A program made the position numbers and the translations under genes. From positions 3,412,001 through 3,476,000 of the forward strand of contig NC_058369.1 of NCBI RefSeq assembly GCF_018350175.1: a stretch of DNA of 64,000 nt, in the 5' to 3' direction. The stretch comes from Felis catus. Its lineage: Eukaryota. Shown one piece after another: positions 10,298 to 24,547 of the stretch. Every line of letters starts with the position of its first letter. The stretch's first letter is position 1. A model generated the notes under the pieces. That model searched no databases. It worked only from the letters and a program-made list of their open reading frames with translations, and had not been told where the DNA came from.

Positions 10298-13200
10298 GAT
10301 GATGTAGCATTTCTGTTTTAGGTGTGCGTCTTCAAAAGAACATAGAGATGGGTTTTGTTTGTTTGGGGTTGTTTCTATACATCCAGCCTGAGAGTCTGTG
10401 TCTTTCAAGTGGTGAGTTTAGTTCATTTACATTTATTGCATTAACAGACATATTTGGATATATGTTCATCACCTTCTTTCACTGTGTTTTCTGTTCAATG
10501 TGATCTTTTCTGTTGCTTCCTTTTTCCCTCCTCTTCAACTGTCTGCTGAATTTGTTGAGTTTTCTTTGTTTCCTTTTCTATTCCTTCTGGTGATTCGGAA
10601 ATTATTGGTTCTATTCCTGTCCTCTGGGCGGTCATCCTTATATGTTCCAACATGCATACTTAGCTTATCATAGCAGAAAGGTAATCAATGTCTCTTTGCA
10701 TCTGACGACAAGACAAGGTCTTAGGATTCAGGCACATCGGACATACACACTGCCCCCCACCCCGCCTCCACTCTGCATGCCACTCTTGCCTGGTATTTGA
10801 GTCCCAGCGATGCACCCCCAGGGATGGAGAGGAGAGTGGGGTGCCCGGGTGGGTCGTCATTGGCTGGCATGGCAGAGGAAATAGATACAGATTCCAGACG
10901 TCATAACTCTCTGTGTGACTTCAGAGGCGTCCTGCACTGGGCCTCAGTTTCTCCATCTGCAGGAAAGCATTATGTGTCTCTTTTTTATTTACAAATTTTT
11001 TGATGTTTATTTATTTTTGAGAGAGACAGAGACAGAATGCGAGTGGGTTGGAGCAGAGGGAGAGGGAGACACAGAATCCCAAGCAGGCTCCAGGCTCCGA
11101 GCTGTCAGCGCAGAGCCCGACGCCGGGCTCGAACTCGCGAGCCGTGAGATCATGACCTGAGCCGAAGTCGGACGCTCAACCGACTGAGCCGCCCCGGTGC
11201 CCCAAGTCTCTCTTGTGCTAACATTTGGATTTTGAGTCCTCTCTCTCTCCTTTGTTCCCACCACTCAGGCAAGAGACTGTGCGGCAACTGGAGTGTGGGA
11301 CTGAAATGAGGGGGCTTCAGGAGCTGAAGGAGGATGCCAATGTCATTATTTACTTCACTGAGCTAAATAATCTTGGGAATTGCTCATCGGGGTCTGATAA
11401 TTCGATTGGATTTCATGCACAATTAGGCCTTCAGAGCTGAGGCATTTGTACACGAGTTCAGGGAAGAAGCCAGTCTCCCTACCAGAGAGGCTCAAGGTGA
11501 GGGGATAGCAGTGGGGGGCCCCCAGGCCCGGGAAAGGGTCAGATGTGGATGTCCCAGAGTCAGGGGGTCCAGCCGGAGCTGGAGTTGGAGACCAACCAGG
11601 GTTCAACTTGTCGTGGCTCATTTATGAGTTGATTTATGGCTGGAGGACTTTTTTTTTTTTTTAACGAAGTCCAGAGAATCATATCCTATAAAGACCACCT
11701 CAGTTAATGAATACGGTTCATGTTTTGTCATTTTTGCCTGAGCTTTTTGTGTTTGTTCTCATGTGAAAGGATTCAGAGTGATCAATTTGAAATCTAAGTC
11801 GGATCTATCCCTCCTCTGTCCACAGCCTTCCAGGGGCTCCCACCTCCCTGGGGTAAAAGCCTAAATCCTCCCTGTGGCCCCCCCAGGGCAGGACCCGCCC
11901 CATCCACTCCCTGTCCTCCCCCCTTCCCTCTCTCCCCCTCACTCTGCTCCAGTCACATGGTGCTGCCCCAGGGCCTTTGCACGGGGCGCTTCCTCTGTCT
12001 GGACTGCCCTTCCCCAAGTAGCCCCTGTCTCCTTCCCCTCCAGCCTGACCACCAGGGCCAGGAAGCGGTCCGTGGAGGAACTTCCTGGGCTTAAGCACCC
12101 ACCCGGGCACCCCAAATAGCTTCTGAAGGAACACAGAACAGCAAATCACGTATGATCTGAATGTCATTCTGAGTTTCTGAGGAAGACCAGGGCTCTCCCG
12201 GATCTCTGCGAGGCTCTCTGCCGTGGTCCTCATCTGTGAACGTCTCTGATCCCAAAAGCCTCTCTCTCCCCTTTGTCTCTGTGCCTCCCTCCCTCAACTT
12301 CTTCCTCCTGGTGCCCCTCCCTGCCCCCCTCCCCCCTCTCCCCTCCTCCAGGCAGCTGTGGGCCCGCATTCCCTTCCATCACGGGTCTCAGGGCCGGGGT
12401 GGGGGCGATGGAGGGTGTGACCTTGTTTCATCAGTGCCACGCCCCCCCTCCCAACCTCCACCTCCCATCTCTGCCTCTCCTCTCTCCCCTGACATTCTAT
12501 TTCCGTCTTTGGTAGCAGGGATCTCAGATCAGATGTGCTGGGCACCCTCCCCTGGTGTTGCCCATCTCTGAGCTCCACCTTCCCCTTCTCTACCGAGGGG
12601 GCCCCCCCTTCCTCTATTTCCAGGTCCCTCCGTCTGTTCCCCCGGCTCCCCAGGTACTCAACTTAGAACTGGGAGGCAGCATTGAAATGTATCCTGTGGC
12701 CTCACCCTCTCCTTTTCTGGCGGAGTGGAGGTGGAGGGACCAGAGAGGGAAGGGAGCCTCCCCAAGGTCACACAGCAACTGGCCTGAAACCACACCCTCC
12801 CCCCACAGCCTCAGTCCCTGCTTACTGTGTGACCCCCAGAAGTTCAGCTTCCTCATCTGTCTGGGGACAGCGAGAGTGCCACCTCAAGGGGTGGCAATTA
12901 AACAAGCCAGCACAGGGAAAGCGCCTAGAGCCATGGGGCCCAGGGGAGTCGCGGATATGCCCAGGAAGGGTGACTGGGGGTGCAGGGGCTGGGTGCGGGC
13001 AGATGGGAAGGGCTGGTCTGTTTCTATCCCAGAAAGGAGGGTGGATTGTGGCGGGCTGGGGACGCCTTGAGCATTGGGTTGCCTAGCAACAAGCATAGAG
13101 CTGACAGACAGGGTCAAGACCACAGATGTCCCAGGGACCGGCGTGGGGAGGCACTTAAGAAAAGGGGGTTGACATTCAGGATTCTGCTGGGGGGGTGGGG

Positions 13201-15873
13201 GGGGCAAGAGTAATCAGAGAATGTGCGTGTGTGTGTGCGTGTGTGTGTGAATTCATTGGTTCTATCCATCATTAAGCGCCTACTGTATGCTGGGTAATAG
13301 AAACACCACAGTGAACAAAGCCGACAGAAGTCTCTGCCCTCATGGAGTTGACATTCCGGTCGGGGAGAGGGAGGGTTAACAAGATAAATGTACAAGTACA
13401 AGGTGAGCTGTGCTGGGGACAAGACCAGGTAGGGTGGGGGTCGGGCAAGGGGATTTTTATTTACTAAATTTTTTTTTAATGTTTTATTTATTTTTGAGAC
13501 AGAGACAGAGCATGAGCGGGGAAGGGGCAGAGAGAAGGAGACACAGAATCTGAAACAGGCTCCGGGCTCCGAGCCATCAGCACAGAGCCCGGTGCGGGGC
13601 TCGAACTCACGGACCGCGAGATCGTGACCCGAGCCGAAGCCGGACCCTCAACCAACTGAGCTTCCCAGGTGCCCCGCGAGGATTTTTATTTTAGACAGTG
13701 TGGTCAGGGAGGGCCTCTCTGAGGAGGTGATGCTTGAACATAGACCTGGAGGAGGTGAAGGAGGGAGCCATGCAGAGCCACGAAGCGAGAGCATTCTGGG
13801 CCAAGGGCACAGCATGTGTAAAGGCTCTGGGGCAGGGCTATGAACTGGATTATGAGGGATGTTTATACATACACGTTTTTCTTTTTTAACAGCAACGGGG
13901 AAAAACTCTGACTCAAAGCTCCCTTGTCACGATTTTGAAAATGATTTTTTGATGTTTTATTTATTTTTGAAAGAGAGAGCACGAGCAGGGGAGGGGCAGA
14001 GAGCGAGGGGGAGAGAGGACCTCCCCCTCCCTCTACCCCGCCTCTTCTCCCCCCCCCGCCCCCCCCCGTGACTCTTCTCATGCGCCTGTCCTGATGGAGA
14101 AGGCCACCTGGCGGGAAAGCGAACGCCACCCACATGCACACGACCAGACTCGGCAGCCAAGCCTGCCCTGGTCGTGCCCCCAGATGAGACCACACCCCGG
14201 TTTCTCCTGGAATGTGGTCCTGTGAGGCCCTGAAGCAGGACACCCGGCTAAGCCCTGCCTGGGGCCTGGACCCACAGGAAATACGTGTTCCTCGAGGCCT
14301 CCAGGTTCGGGGTCGTTTCTCACGCAGCCAGAGATGACGGAGACAGCAGACGGAGTTTCTTCCTTGGGGGCTGCTTCTGGAAGGGGTGGGAGAGGCGGAG
14401 GGAACCGCAGAGGCAGGGGCTTAGCCGTGGGACAGGCTGGGGCTCAGAGAGGGGGCGTTTGGGCTGGGGTCGCAGGGCGGTGGGAGCCAAGGGTGGTCTG
14501 GGAGAGCCAGGTGGGCTGGGCTGGGGTGAGTCCGGGTTCTGGATGCCTCCTGGCTGGGGTGGTGGGCGGGACGGAGCTGTCAGGGTGAGGGCAGGACTGG
14601 AGCGGGTTGGGGGCCCGAGCTGAGACCCCAGAAGCCCCCTGTCCTGGAAGCCCCCACTCTGGGGCTGCCCTCTGGACTCCACAGCTGTCTCCCCCTCTAA
14701 CTACCCGCAGGCCGGCCTGCCCCGCTCCCCCCGCTGCCGGCGATGGAGAAGGGAATTGTATTTTTGTAATTTCTTGTTTTCCCCGAGCCGAGTTCCATGC
14801 GCACGGGGCTAAATTTAAAACCGGATGGCTGCAGGGGGATCTCACGTTCACTCTTACTCTCCTTGGAAAAAAACATAACAAACGCCCCCATTCAGGTGGT
14901 GCTTCTGTCGGGGTGCTGGGCGGCGGGGCTGGGGGTGGGGTGCTTTCCGGCCGGGGGGGCACCGGGCTGAGTCGGGAAGATTCACACCCGGATCCCAGTT
15001 GCCTCCTCCCTGAAACCTGACGCTGACCCCCGCCCCCCTCCGTCTGAGCCAGGGGGTCATCTCTGGGGTCCCCAGTCACAGCCCTCGTGGCTCACGGCAG
15101 CAAGTCATAAAGTACAATTGCGGGGACCGGACGTAGCCTGTGTATCTCGTTCTCCTTCTCAGCTGCCCTCCCCAAATAATTCCTTCACCACTCAGCACAC
15201 ACGTTTTGAGTGGCTACTGCACTAGACCGTGTATCTGCTGGTTCCCAACCACTGGGGAGATGTTGACTGTGACCGCCACCTCCTGCCCTGCCCATCCCCC
15301 ACAACGTGGGAGAGTCTGAAGGACTCGGTCTGGAGTTGGGGGGTGGGCACAAGACCGGGACGTGCCAGCACGCGATCGAAGGTTCCAGGCTTCCTCATTT
15401 CCCACAAGACTGCGCTCCCTGCTCCTGCCAGGACTTTGCCGAAGCCGGGCTCCTGCCCGAGACACCCTCCCCGCCTCTGCCCCACCTGTTTCAACACCCG
15501 AAGACTCTCTCCCTGCATTTGAATCATTTCTTTTTGATTTTGAAAAAAAAAAGTCAACGAGAAAAGCGCAAAGACGAATTTAGCAAACGCCGGTCCACCT
15601 TCCCGCCAGGACCGGCTATGAGGGGTTAACCCCTGTCCTATTTGCTGCCAGTTTTTTTTGCATCTCGGAAGGAGCAGACAAAATGTTAGAAACTAAGGAG
15701 ACGCTCAGCTCACGTGGCCACCGTCACGGCCACCGACAGCGAATACGACTATTTTGTGCATTAAAAATATGCATTACTAAAAAAAAAAAATGCATTACTG
15801 TACTCACATAGTGTATGAACTTAATGCAGCTTGCTTTTTTCCTCTTATTTTTATTAAAAATATCTTTGTTTTT

Positions 15874-15907
<34 letters not shown>

Positions 15908-16914
15908 CAGAGAGAGAGAGAGAATCCCAAGCGGGCTCCACGCAGGACTAATCTCGTGAACTGTGAGATCAGGACCCGAGCCGAAATCAAGAGTCGGACG
16001 CTTGACTGACTGAGCACCCCCCCCCCCCCGGGCTCCCCTCGGATCCGAAACAGGCTCCAAGCTCTGAGCTGTCAGCCCGGAGCCCGACACGGGGCTCGAA
16101 CTCACAAACTGCGAGATCGTGACCTGAGCCGAGGTCGGACGCTCAACCGACTGAGCCGCCCAGGCGCCCCAAGAGTAGCTTTCTAAGAGATGGTCTGCGT
16201 TATCACATGTGAAATGCTTCGCGTGGCACCTGGCACCTAGTAGGTGCTCAGTAAATGTCCAAAATGATTGTATGGATCTGATTAATTCACCTTTGGCGGC
16301 TGTGTACTATTCCATTGTACGAATACGCCTTCCTGTACCTGGTCACCTCTTGACGGACTTTTACGTTAATGCCTGGTTTTAATATGACAAACGGTGCTGC
16401 CGCGAACAGCCTCTGTGCATCCCGCTGGGTACTTGACAAAGGATTTCCCTAAGGACGAGGGCTAAAGGTGGCATCTCCGGGGCATTGGCGGTGTGCACTC
16501 AGTGAACACCCGTTCTCCTCCACCATCTCCCACCCGCGCCCCCCCTACGCCCCAGCTCACCGGAGTGAGTGCCTCAGGGCCTTTGCACGTGCTGCTGCTC
16601 TGCCTGGCCCGCTCTTCCCACAAATATCCACATGGCTCCCTACTCCTTCAGGTCTCTGGTCGGAGAACTTATGACCTGCCGTTATATTATGCGCTTTATT
16701 ACGTTGTGTTTTGCGTGTCTTCCCCACTGGAGCGTCGGCTCCGCGTAGGCAGGGAATTTTGTCATTGTCTGCACTGCTGTATCCCCAGCGCCCAGAACAG
16801 TGTCGGCGCACGGTGGGCGTCTCATAGATATTGCGGGGCAGGCATCAGGCTTGGAGGCAGCTCTCCGGGGTCCTGACGCTTTTGTTTCCCGATGGTTCCG
16901 TCCTGTGCTCCCCC

Positions 16915-17310
16915 TAAGCTAACACCGAGGCGTCAGCAGGGTACCGCTCCTTCTGGATGTTCCAGGGGAGAACCCGTTTCCTTGCTCTTCCCGGCTTCTA
17001 GAAGCTTCCTGCGCTCCTTGGCCCACGACCTTCTTCTCCACCTTCAAAGCCAGCAAGCGCCGGTCAAGTCTTTCTCGAATGACGTCGAGAAAGCGGTTCT
17101 CCACCCCCGTTGTCACTTCTCAGACGCTGGTGCTCCCGCCTCCCTCTGATAACAGCCCTCGGGATGCCCGTGAGCTCCCCGGAGAGTCGAGGATCTCAAG
17201 ACTCTTAACTGAGTCCCACCTGCAAAGTCTTTTCTGCCATGACGAGGTGACACGGGCACGGGTTCTGGGGACTGGGACGGGGATGTCATTTTGGGGACGA
17301 TCGCCATTCT
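16915..17310 (-). mobile_element. MLT1 LTR
   Basis: ccaggggagaacccgtttccttgctcttcccggcttctagaagc...ctgcaaagtcttttctgccat...ggttctgggga. Confidence 0.65.
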
Positions 17311-17552
17311 GCCAGGCACGAGGAGGAGGCTAATTTTTCTTTGCGATTCAAGGAAAAAGACTTCGAAAAAACCAATACCTTGGGGCGCCTGGGCGGCTCA
17401 GTTGGTTACACGTCTGACTTCGGCTCAGGTCATGATCTCATGGTTGACGAGTTCGAGCCCCACGTCGGGCTCTGTGCTGACAGCTCAGAGCCTGGAGCCT
17501 GCTTCAGATTCCGTGTCTCCCCTTCTCTCTCTGCCCCTCCCGTACTCATGCC

Positions 17553-17587
<35 letters not shown>

Positions 17588-20579
17588 AGAAATAAATAAA
17601 CATTAAAAAATTAAAAAAAAATCCCAGTACCTTTATTGGTGTTCCAAATGTGGGCCGGGCTTCAAGGACAACGTTAATTAAACGATCACGGACTTAGGGA
17701 CGATGTAACATGCTAGAAACCATTGGCACAGTTCCAGGAGATGTGACCCGTCCGTTTTACGCATGGGGAAACAGACGGCCAGGAAAGGGGAAGGTCATGC
17801 AAAGGCCCTGGGGCGGGACCTGCCTGGCACGATGAACAGTGGGGAGACCCAAGTGGCTGGAGCAGAGTGGACAGGGGGCAGAGAGGGAGGGCGGGGAGGG
17901 GATGGGGCAGAGCCTTGGGGGCTACAGGGAGGACTTGGGCTTTCTCCCCCAGAGGGGTGGGAACTGTGGAGGCCCAGGGTCACGGGAGGCTGTGACCCGA
18001 CCCGGGTCCTCGCAGGCTTCTTCTGGTGGCCTCCGGGAGAATGCAGCGAGAGGGAGGGCAGTGGCTGAGGGGAGACCAGCCTCAGCTCTGTCTCCCCCTC
18101 GCTGTGTGTCCCCAGGCAAGCCAATTCCCTCTCTGGGCTCCGTTTTCTTGTCTAGTAAAGAAGGGCCTTCACCAGGCCTTTCCCCCAGGCGCCACGGCAG
18201 GAACTCTGAGACAAGGTTCAGAAAGTGCTTGTTGCCCTAGATTCTGGCCGGGCGTGGGGCTGCTGAGTTAGTATTTCCTGGTGTCCGGGTTCTGCTCACA
18301 CATCTTCCCCGAGGTGGGAGGATGAGGTCAGCCGCCCCCCCCACCCCCCACCCCGGCTCTGGCCCCGATGAAGTCACCAAGTCAGAGGGGCGGGTGTGAG
18401 GACGGCTGTAGAAATAGACTTCCCGCCTGTGCCCTGCGCCTCGGGGAGCGGCGAGGATGAGCCAACCGCTGGGAGTATCGCACGTCGCAGGCTGTCAGGC
18501 GCGCAATCCTCGGGACACCTCGCTGCCCAGGAGCTCCCTCCTCCAGGAAGCCCTCCTAGATTGCCTTGGCCCTCTGGGGTTCTGGAGGCAGCGGTCGGGG
18601 AGGGGAGGGAGGATCTCAGGGAAAGAGTGAGGAACCCAGAGAGGCTGGCTATGAGAGGGAAAGACAGGACAGCAGCGGTGCCCAAAGGGTGAAGGAAAGT
18701 GCCGAGCCAGACGGGAAGTCAGGCTGGTGTGGGGCTGAATCCTGGCTCAGACCCTCGCTTGCTTGGTGACCCTGGACGAGTCTTTTCTGGGCTCTGTTTC
18801 CTCAGCCACCAAGTGGAGAAAAGAGCCTCCTTAAGGCGCTCAACAAATATCCGGAAGCCCCAGGGAGGGACCCGCCCGGAGCGAGGCCTACTCAGGCCGG
18901 AGCAGAGAGATGGACGTATCACCGGGTTGCTGGGACGCTGGGTGATCGTGGTTTTGGTGAAGGGCACCTGGGGCCCCGGGGACCCCAGGGGAGGCCCTGA
19001 TTCAGCTTGCGGGGAGGGGTGGTAGGTCAAGGGGGACCTGCCTTCTAAGGTGACCGCTGGGGGCGCCCGGGGGGCTCAGTCGATTAAGCGTCCGACTTCG
19101 GCTCAGGTCGTGATCTCATGGTTCACCAGTCGGAGCCCCGCGTCGGGCTCGGTGCTGACAGAAGTGCAACGAAGGCGAAGGCCTTGCTGGATCCGCGGAT
19201 TCCAGAAGCCGGAAAGCCTGAGGACTTCAGGCACAGCTTGATCAAAGAGCCTGGGAACTCGCTCTCCACCCGTGACTCGGCTCTGCTGTCCCCCATTGGC
19301 CTCTGGGCCGAGAGCACCCGCCTCTCAGACTGGCCCTCGGCCGATCCCGGCCCGATGCTTCCCCAGTCTGAGGGCGCCTCTCCTGTGACGTCAAATCGAG
19401 TCGCAGCGCCGGCCTCCCCTGGCTCATCGCCCTTTCTGGGGAAGGCCGGCCGTCATGCTGCAAGGCCACCCAGGCAGACCACGTGGTAAAGAGCTGAGGC
19501 CCCCAACCGAGAGCCATGCGCGAGAGCCAGCTTGGAGGCACAGCGCAGACATGGGCGCCCGCCCACCAGAACCCGACATACCCTCAGGGGACTCGAACCC
19601 ACGAACCGTGAGATCACGACCCGAGCGGAAGTCGGCGTGGGAGGGCCATCCAGCCCTGTAGGGAAGGGCTGTGGGATCCCGGGAGCCTGGGGGTGAGGAA
19701 GGAGGTGGGGAAGTCACAGCCCAATCTGGCTCAGCACCCACTGTGCCCCCAACTCTGACCTTGACCCTTCTTGGCCCTTGCCCTCTCCCCAACAGCTGGT
19801 TTTCCCATCTTGCCAATGACTCCCTCCAGTCGCCTCTGCCCCCAGCTACGTCCCCAGGGAAAGGTAGCCCAGCCAGGTGCGCGCACACGCCGGCTGGGCC
19901 TGCAGTCTCCTCTTCTCAGGACCCCAACGGCTCCTCCTCCACCCTGTGGGGTACGATTGGGGCGGGGCGTCACAGGGCACCCCCCTTCTCCTTCCCTACA
20001 CCTCCGCCCTGGCTACCGGCTCCAGTCTGGCCCACTGCTGTCTACCCCACTCTGGCTACTAGAGGAGTTTCCCGATACCCCAAACTCTCTCGGGCTCTAA
20101 CACCCTCCATGGCTCCCCATTGCCCTCAGGGTGAAGTCTGGAATTTTATACCCAGCCTTTGATGTCCCGAGGGTCCCTGTGGTCTGATCAGGACACACCG
20201 TTTCCTGTCAGCTTCCAGAACGTCCCAACCTCTGTACTCTTGCTCAGACATTCCACAATGTCTGTATGCCTTCTTCTCTTAGCCTGGGAGCTCCGGGCCG
20301 GAGGCAAAGAGCTGCCTCAAACAATAAGAGCGGGTCCTCAGGCTGGGCCCTCGCAGCGGGGTAAGCACCTTCCCGAATCTTCTCTGCCAGTCTTTGCCAC
20401 TGCCCCCGAAGATGGACATCATGGGTCTGATTCACAGATGAGGAAACATTGGCTCAGAGAGGCCCTACGATTTGCCCAGGGTCAGCAAGTCAAGAATAAA
20501 AGGGGCCCTCCTTCCTGCCTCTTCCATGGCTGACTCCCGCCCTTGCTTAAAGGCTCAGCTCACTAGTCACCTCCTCCCG

Positions 20580-21830
20580 GAAGCCTCCCCGGATCGCCAG
20601 TTGGGGTCAGGCGACCGGTCCGGGCTCCCACAGCTGCCCGTGTGTTCCCCATCACAGCCCTGTCGCTGCCGCCGGGCCTCTCGTGCGTGCCGAGGAATGA
20701 CGGGGGGGCTCGCGACCCGCAGAAGCAGCCGCAGGTCGGGCCCAGCCCCTCCCGAACCGCACGCACCCACGTCCACACCCGCGGTTGGGCTCAGCGCACG
20801 CCCGCCTCCCACACGCAGGCGGCCGGCGTCTGCGCGGCTGTCCCTTGTAAACACCTCCTCGGCTGCGGCCCCGGCGCCCGGCTGCTGCAGCCCGAGAGGC
20901 GCAGGCGGTGGGGACGGCGGAGGCTGGGAAGTGAAATTGCTTGGGGACCGTCCCGCCCCACCTTCCTCCGCCTTCGCGTCGGCGGGAGCAGCGAGCTGCC
21001 CGGGCCGTGACCCTGACCCGAGGCTACGGCCGTGACCCGGAGTGAAGGCAGCCCCCCACCTCCCTGCTGAGTGCTCTCGGGAAAGGTCCATGAGGCTCCC
21101 CCCCGGGCCGGGCCGCGGTGGGGGCGTCAGCAAGGTTGGCTCCCTCCTCCCGGGCGCCTCTGGGCCTGCCCGCCGTCCTCCCGTCCTAAGCGGCCTTGGG
21201 AGGGGTCTTTCCGGGTAGGCAGCCGGGGGCTGGGAGCACTGCGGGATCGCGGCACGTGGGAGTTACGCCTGGGCTTGGGGCGGGGGGTTGGGGTGCTCTG
21301 GCCCCCGAGTCCGGTATACAAAGCGCCCGGGGCGACGGGGGAAGCCGCCAGGAGGGCGCGGAGGGGCTCAGGGAGCTTCTGGGAGCACCGACCTCCCCCA
21401 CTCCTCCCGCACGCCCCACCACGGTGCTCCCTTCGCGTAGGAGCAAGCCAGGGGCCCAGAGAAGTGGGTCACACAGCCCAGCGGGGTGTGAGGCCTGGTC
21501 TTGGGGTGCAGGTGACACCGGATGCGTCGTCTAGGGTGACTTGGCCGTGGGAACCCCGCCGCGGCACGGACACCGCTCGCGCCCCGGCCGTCTATTCCGG
21601 GCAAAGGGAAGGCACCGCGGCCCGGGCTGCGCGCCGAACACGCCCCCTGTCGGGCGCGGCCGGAATCCGCGCAGCTAGGACCCAGCCACGTGGGACAGAG
21701 CCCCTGTCCCCGCTGAGCCCGCATTCCCGGTGGAGCCCGGAGCTCTGGGCTGAGCTGCGACACCCGCTGAGTGTCCCCCGATCCCGGCAGAGCCACAGCC
21801 GTGGCTATAGCCCTTTATCCCGGGCCGAGC
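20580..21830. promoter_or_regulatory. CpG island ~3.5 kb upstream of TNFAIP8L1
   Basis: About 1.2 kb of dense CpG with a forkhead motif TGTAAACA near 20845; no recognisable protein. Confidence 0.65.
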
Positions 21831-22499
21831 CTCCATTCCGAGTTGAGTCCCTGACCCCAGAGAGAGCCCCTGGTCTTTTGCTGGGTGTAGCCCCCCACTC
21901 CCCACCCCCGCCCAGCTGGGGAGACCTCAAGGATGTTGGGGCCACCCAGAGGATCTGTGCACATGACACACAATCCATACTGCCCCAGGTTCTGAGCCTA
22001 CTTCTGTCACCACCTGGGACGGTCACTTGCTTCCTCTGAGCCTCGACATCATCGGTGAAATGGGACGTTTGTATCCCAACGCAGAGTTGCTGTGAAGTTT
22101 TGGTGAATTAATCTACGTACAGTGATTAACTTTAAGCCAACCCCTGACTGCCACGTAAGAGGTGCTGGATAAAAACTAGCCCTGAGGGGCACCCGAGTGG
22201 CTCAGTCGGTTAAATGACCCTGGCTCAGGTCATGATCTCACGGCTTGTGAGTTCGAGCCCGGTGTGGGGCTCTGTGCTGACAGCTCAGAGCCTGGAGCCT
22301 GCTTCGATTCTGTGTCCCCAACCGCCCCCAGCCCCGCCTCTCTCTCTGCCCCTCCTCCACTCACACACACACACTCTCTCTCTCTCCCTCTCTCTCTCTT
22401 GAAAATAAATAACATTTATTTAAATTTTAACATTTAAAAAAATTAAAAAAAAAAACCTTGCTCTGATGTTATTCTTACCAGGTGTGCTCCTGGGCACTT

Positions 22500-23460
22500 A
22501 AAAAAACAGCTTTATTTAAAAAAAATATGTAATTCATACACCATAAAATTCACCCATTTAAAACATCCAAGTCAGTGGTTTCGGTATATTACATTATTTG
22601 TTTTTCTAAAATTGCGGTAAATATACAATATAAAGTGTATGCTTATAACCATTTTTACGTGTCTAACTCAGGGCATTAAGCCCACGAACACTGTTGTCTT
22701 GACCACCTCACCATCTCTCTTCAGACATTCTCCAACGTCCCCAACACATTCTGTGTGCATTAAACACTAACTAACCATTCTCTTCTCCCCAGCCTCCTGG
22801 TCACCTCTGTTCTACTTTCCATCTCTATGGATTCGCCTACTCTGGGTCCCTCAAGAAAGTGGAATAAAGGGGCGCCTGGGCGGTTCAATCAGTCAAGCCT
22901 CCGACTTCGGCTCAGATCATGATCTCACAGTTCGTGGGTTCGAGCCCCACGTCGGGCTCTGTGCTGACAGCTCAGAGCCTGGAGCCTGCTCTGGATTCTG
23001 TGTCTCCCTCTCTCTCTGCCCCTCCCCTGCTCACGCTCTGTTTCTCTCAAAAATAAACATTGAAAAAATTAAAAAAAAAAAATTTAAGTTAAAAAAAAGG
23101 AAATTGGAATCCTACAATACTTGTCCTATGCCTGGCATCGTAAACTTATGTTTTCGAGGTTTATCCGTGTTGCGGCATGAGTCAGAACTTCCTTCCTTCT
23201 GTGGCTGAATAGTATTCCAGGGTACGTTTGGCCCATGTTTTGTTTACCTGTCCATCCGCTGACGGACACTTGGGTTGTTTCCACCTTTTGACTCTTGTGA
23301 ATACCGCTGTTACGAACATTCGTGGGATCATCTGTTCGAGCCTCTGCCTTCAGAGAGACACCTAGGAGGGGATCTCCTGGATCATACGGTCATTTCGCTT
23401 TCTGAGGACCCACCAGACTGTTCCACTGCGTCTGCCTGCACCTTTTTCGCATTCTCACCC
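22500..23460 (-). mobile_element. Old L1M 3'-end fragments interrupted by a SINE
   Basis: taattcatacaccataaaattcacccatttaaa...ctactttccatctctatggatt...ggacacttgggttgtttccacctttt. Similar L1 3' fragments occur at ~9640-10700, 28700-29030, 32820-33545, 46330-46620, 48420-49200, 55960-56330 and 57050-57880. Confidence 0.7.
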
Positions 23461-23798
23461 ACAACGCGCGGACGATCTGACGTCTGCACATCCGTGTGGG
23501 CACTTTTCCTTTGTCCTCATTTGAGAACCCGTAGCCCTTCTTACCCCCCACGTCACAGGTTCGGAAAACCAGGGCTCTGAGAGGTCAACACGCACGGGCA
23601 GACCACGAAAGAGCTGGGTGCGCGCCCACCTTGGCCACACTCCACCCATGCCCCACCCTGGACTCACGGGGACGATTTGCTGTCGTTTGATGAGACGCTA
23701 AGAACAGTTCGCGCGGCCTCTGTGGCCTCATTAGCCACCCTGCTCGAAAGAAGGGGTGTTCACAGTTTGGGGCCCAGGCTCCAAGAAATGGAGCTCTA

Positions 23799-24020
23799 AC
23801 AGTGGGTCTCAGCTGGGGTGATTCTGCCCCCTAGGGGACACTTGATAACGGCTGGTGGCATTTTTAATTGTCGGGGCCTGGAGGGGGGCTAGGGGGCTCC
23901 TGATGGCCAGTGGGTGGGGGCCAGGGATGCTGCTCAGCCCCCGCAGTGCCCAGGACGTCCCCCCCCCCCAACCCCGCAGCAGGAATACAGGACCTGAATG
24001 TCAATAGTGCAGAGGATAGG
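23799..24020. mobile_element. MER20-like hAT DNA transposon
   Basis: cagtgggtctcagctggggtgattctgcccc...ggggacac...ccagggatgctgct...aatgtcaatagtgcagagg. Confidence 0.75.
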
Positions 24021-24547
24021 CACTGGATAGGGAGAGGGCAGGACCCGGGTGAGGGCAAGAGGTGAGACCAGCATTCCTAGGTTTGAATGGGCTAGCCACC
24101 TGCGTCTGTGTGCCCTCAGGCAAGTCACTGCCCCTCTCTGGGCCTCAGTTTTCCCTGTCCAAAATGGGATAAGGGGACATTTCATTTATTTTTGCCTCAT
24201 GAGCAAAAATCTGTGCCGGGGCTGTGTGTGTCCCATGTGGACACGGCAGGCACTTCACAGACATGTGCTGTCTGGCCTCCCCTGGCCACCCCTGGCCCTC
24301 GCTGGAACTGGGACCCAGAGCCGGGATGCGGGGAGGAAACCGAGCAGCAGGGGAGCTGGGAGCCGCTCCTGGGCCCAGTTCCCAGGACTCACAGCTGCAT
24401 CCTCCGGGGGGGGGGGGGGGGGGCAGCTGGCCCAGCCACCTTACCCGCTGGCGGCCACGAGGCTCCAGTGTGCTCTGCCGGCTCATTCCCATGGAAATCG
24501 AGGCTGGATCTGGGAGGCCCCTGGTGGGGTTTCCAGGCTCCGTCCAC

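Noticed and set aside
21071..22039. 322-aa ORF
   Set aside because: Stop-codon depletion in a CpG island; low-complexity product with no family resemblance.
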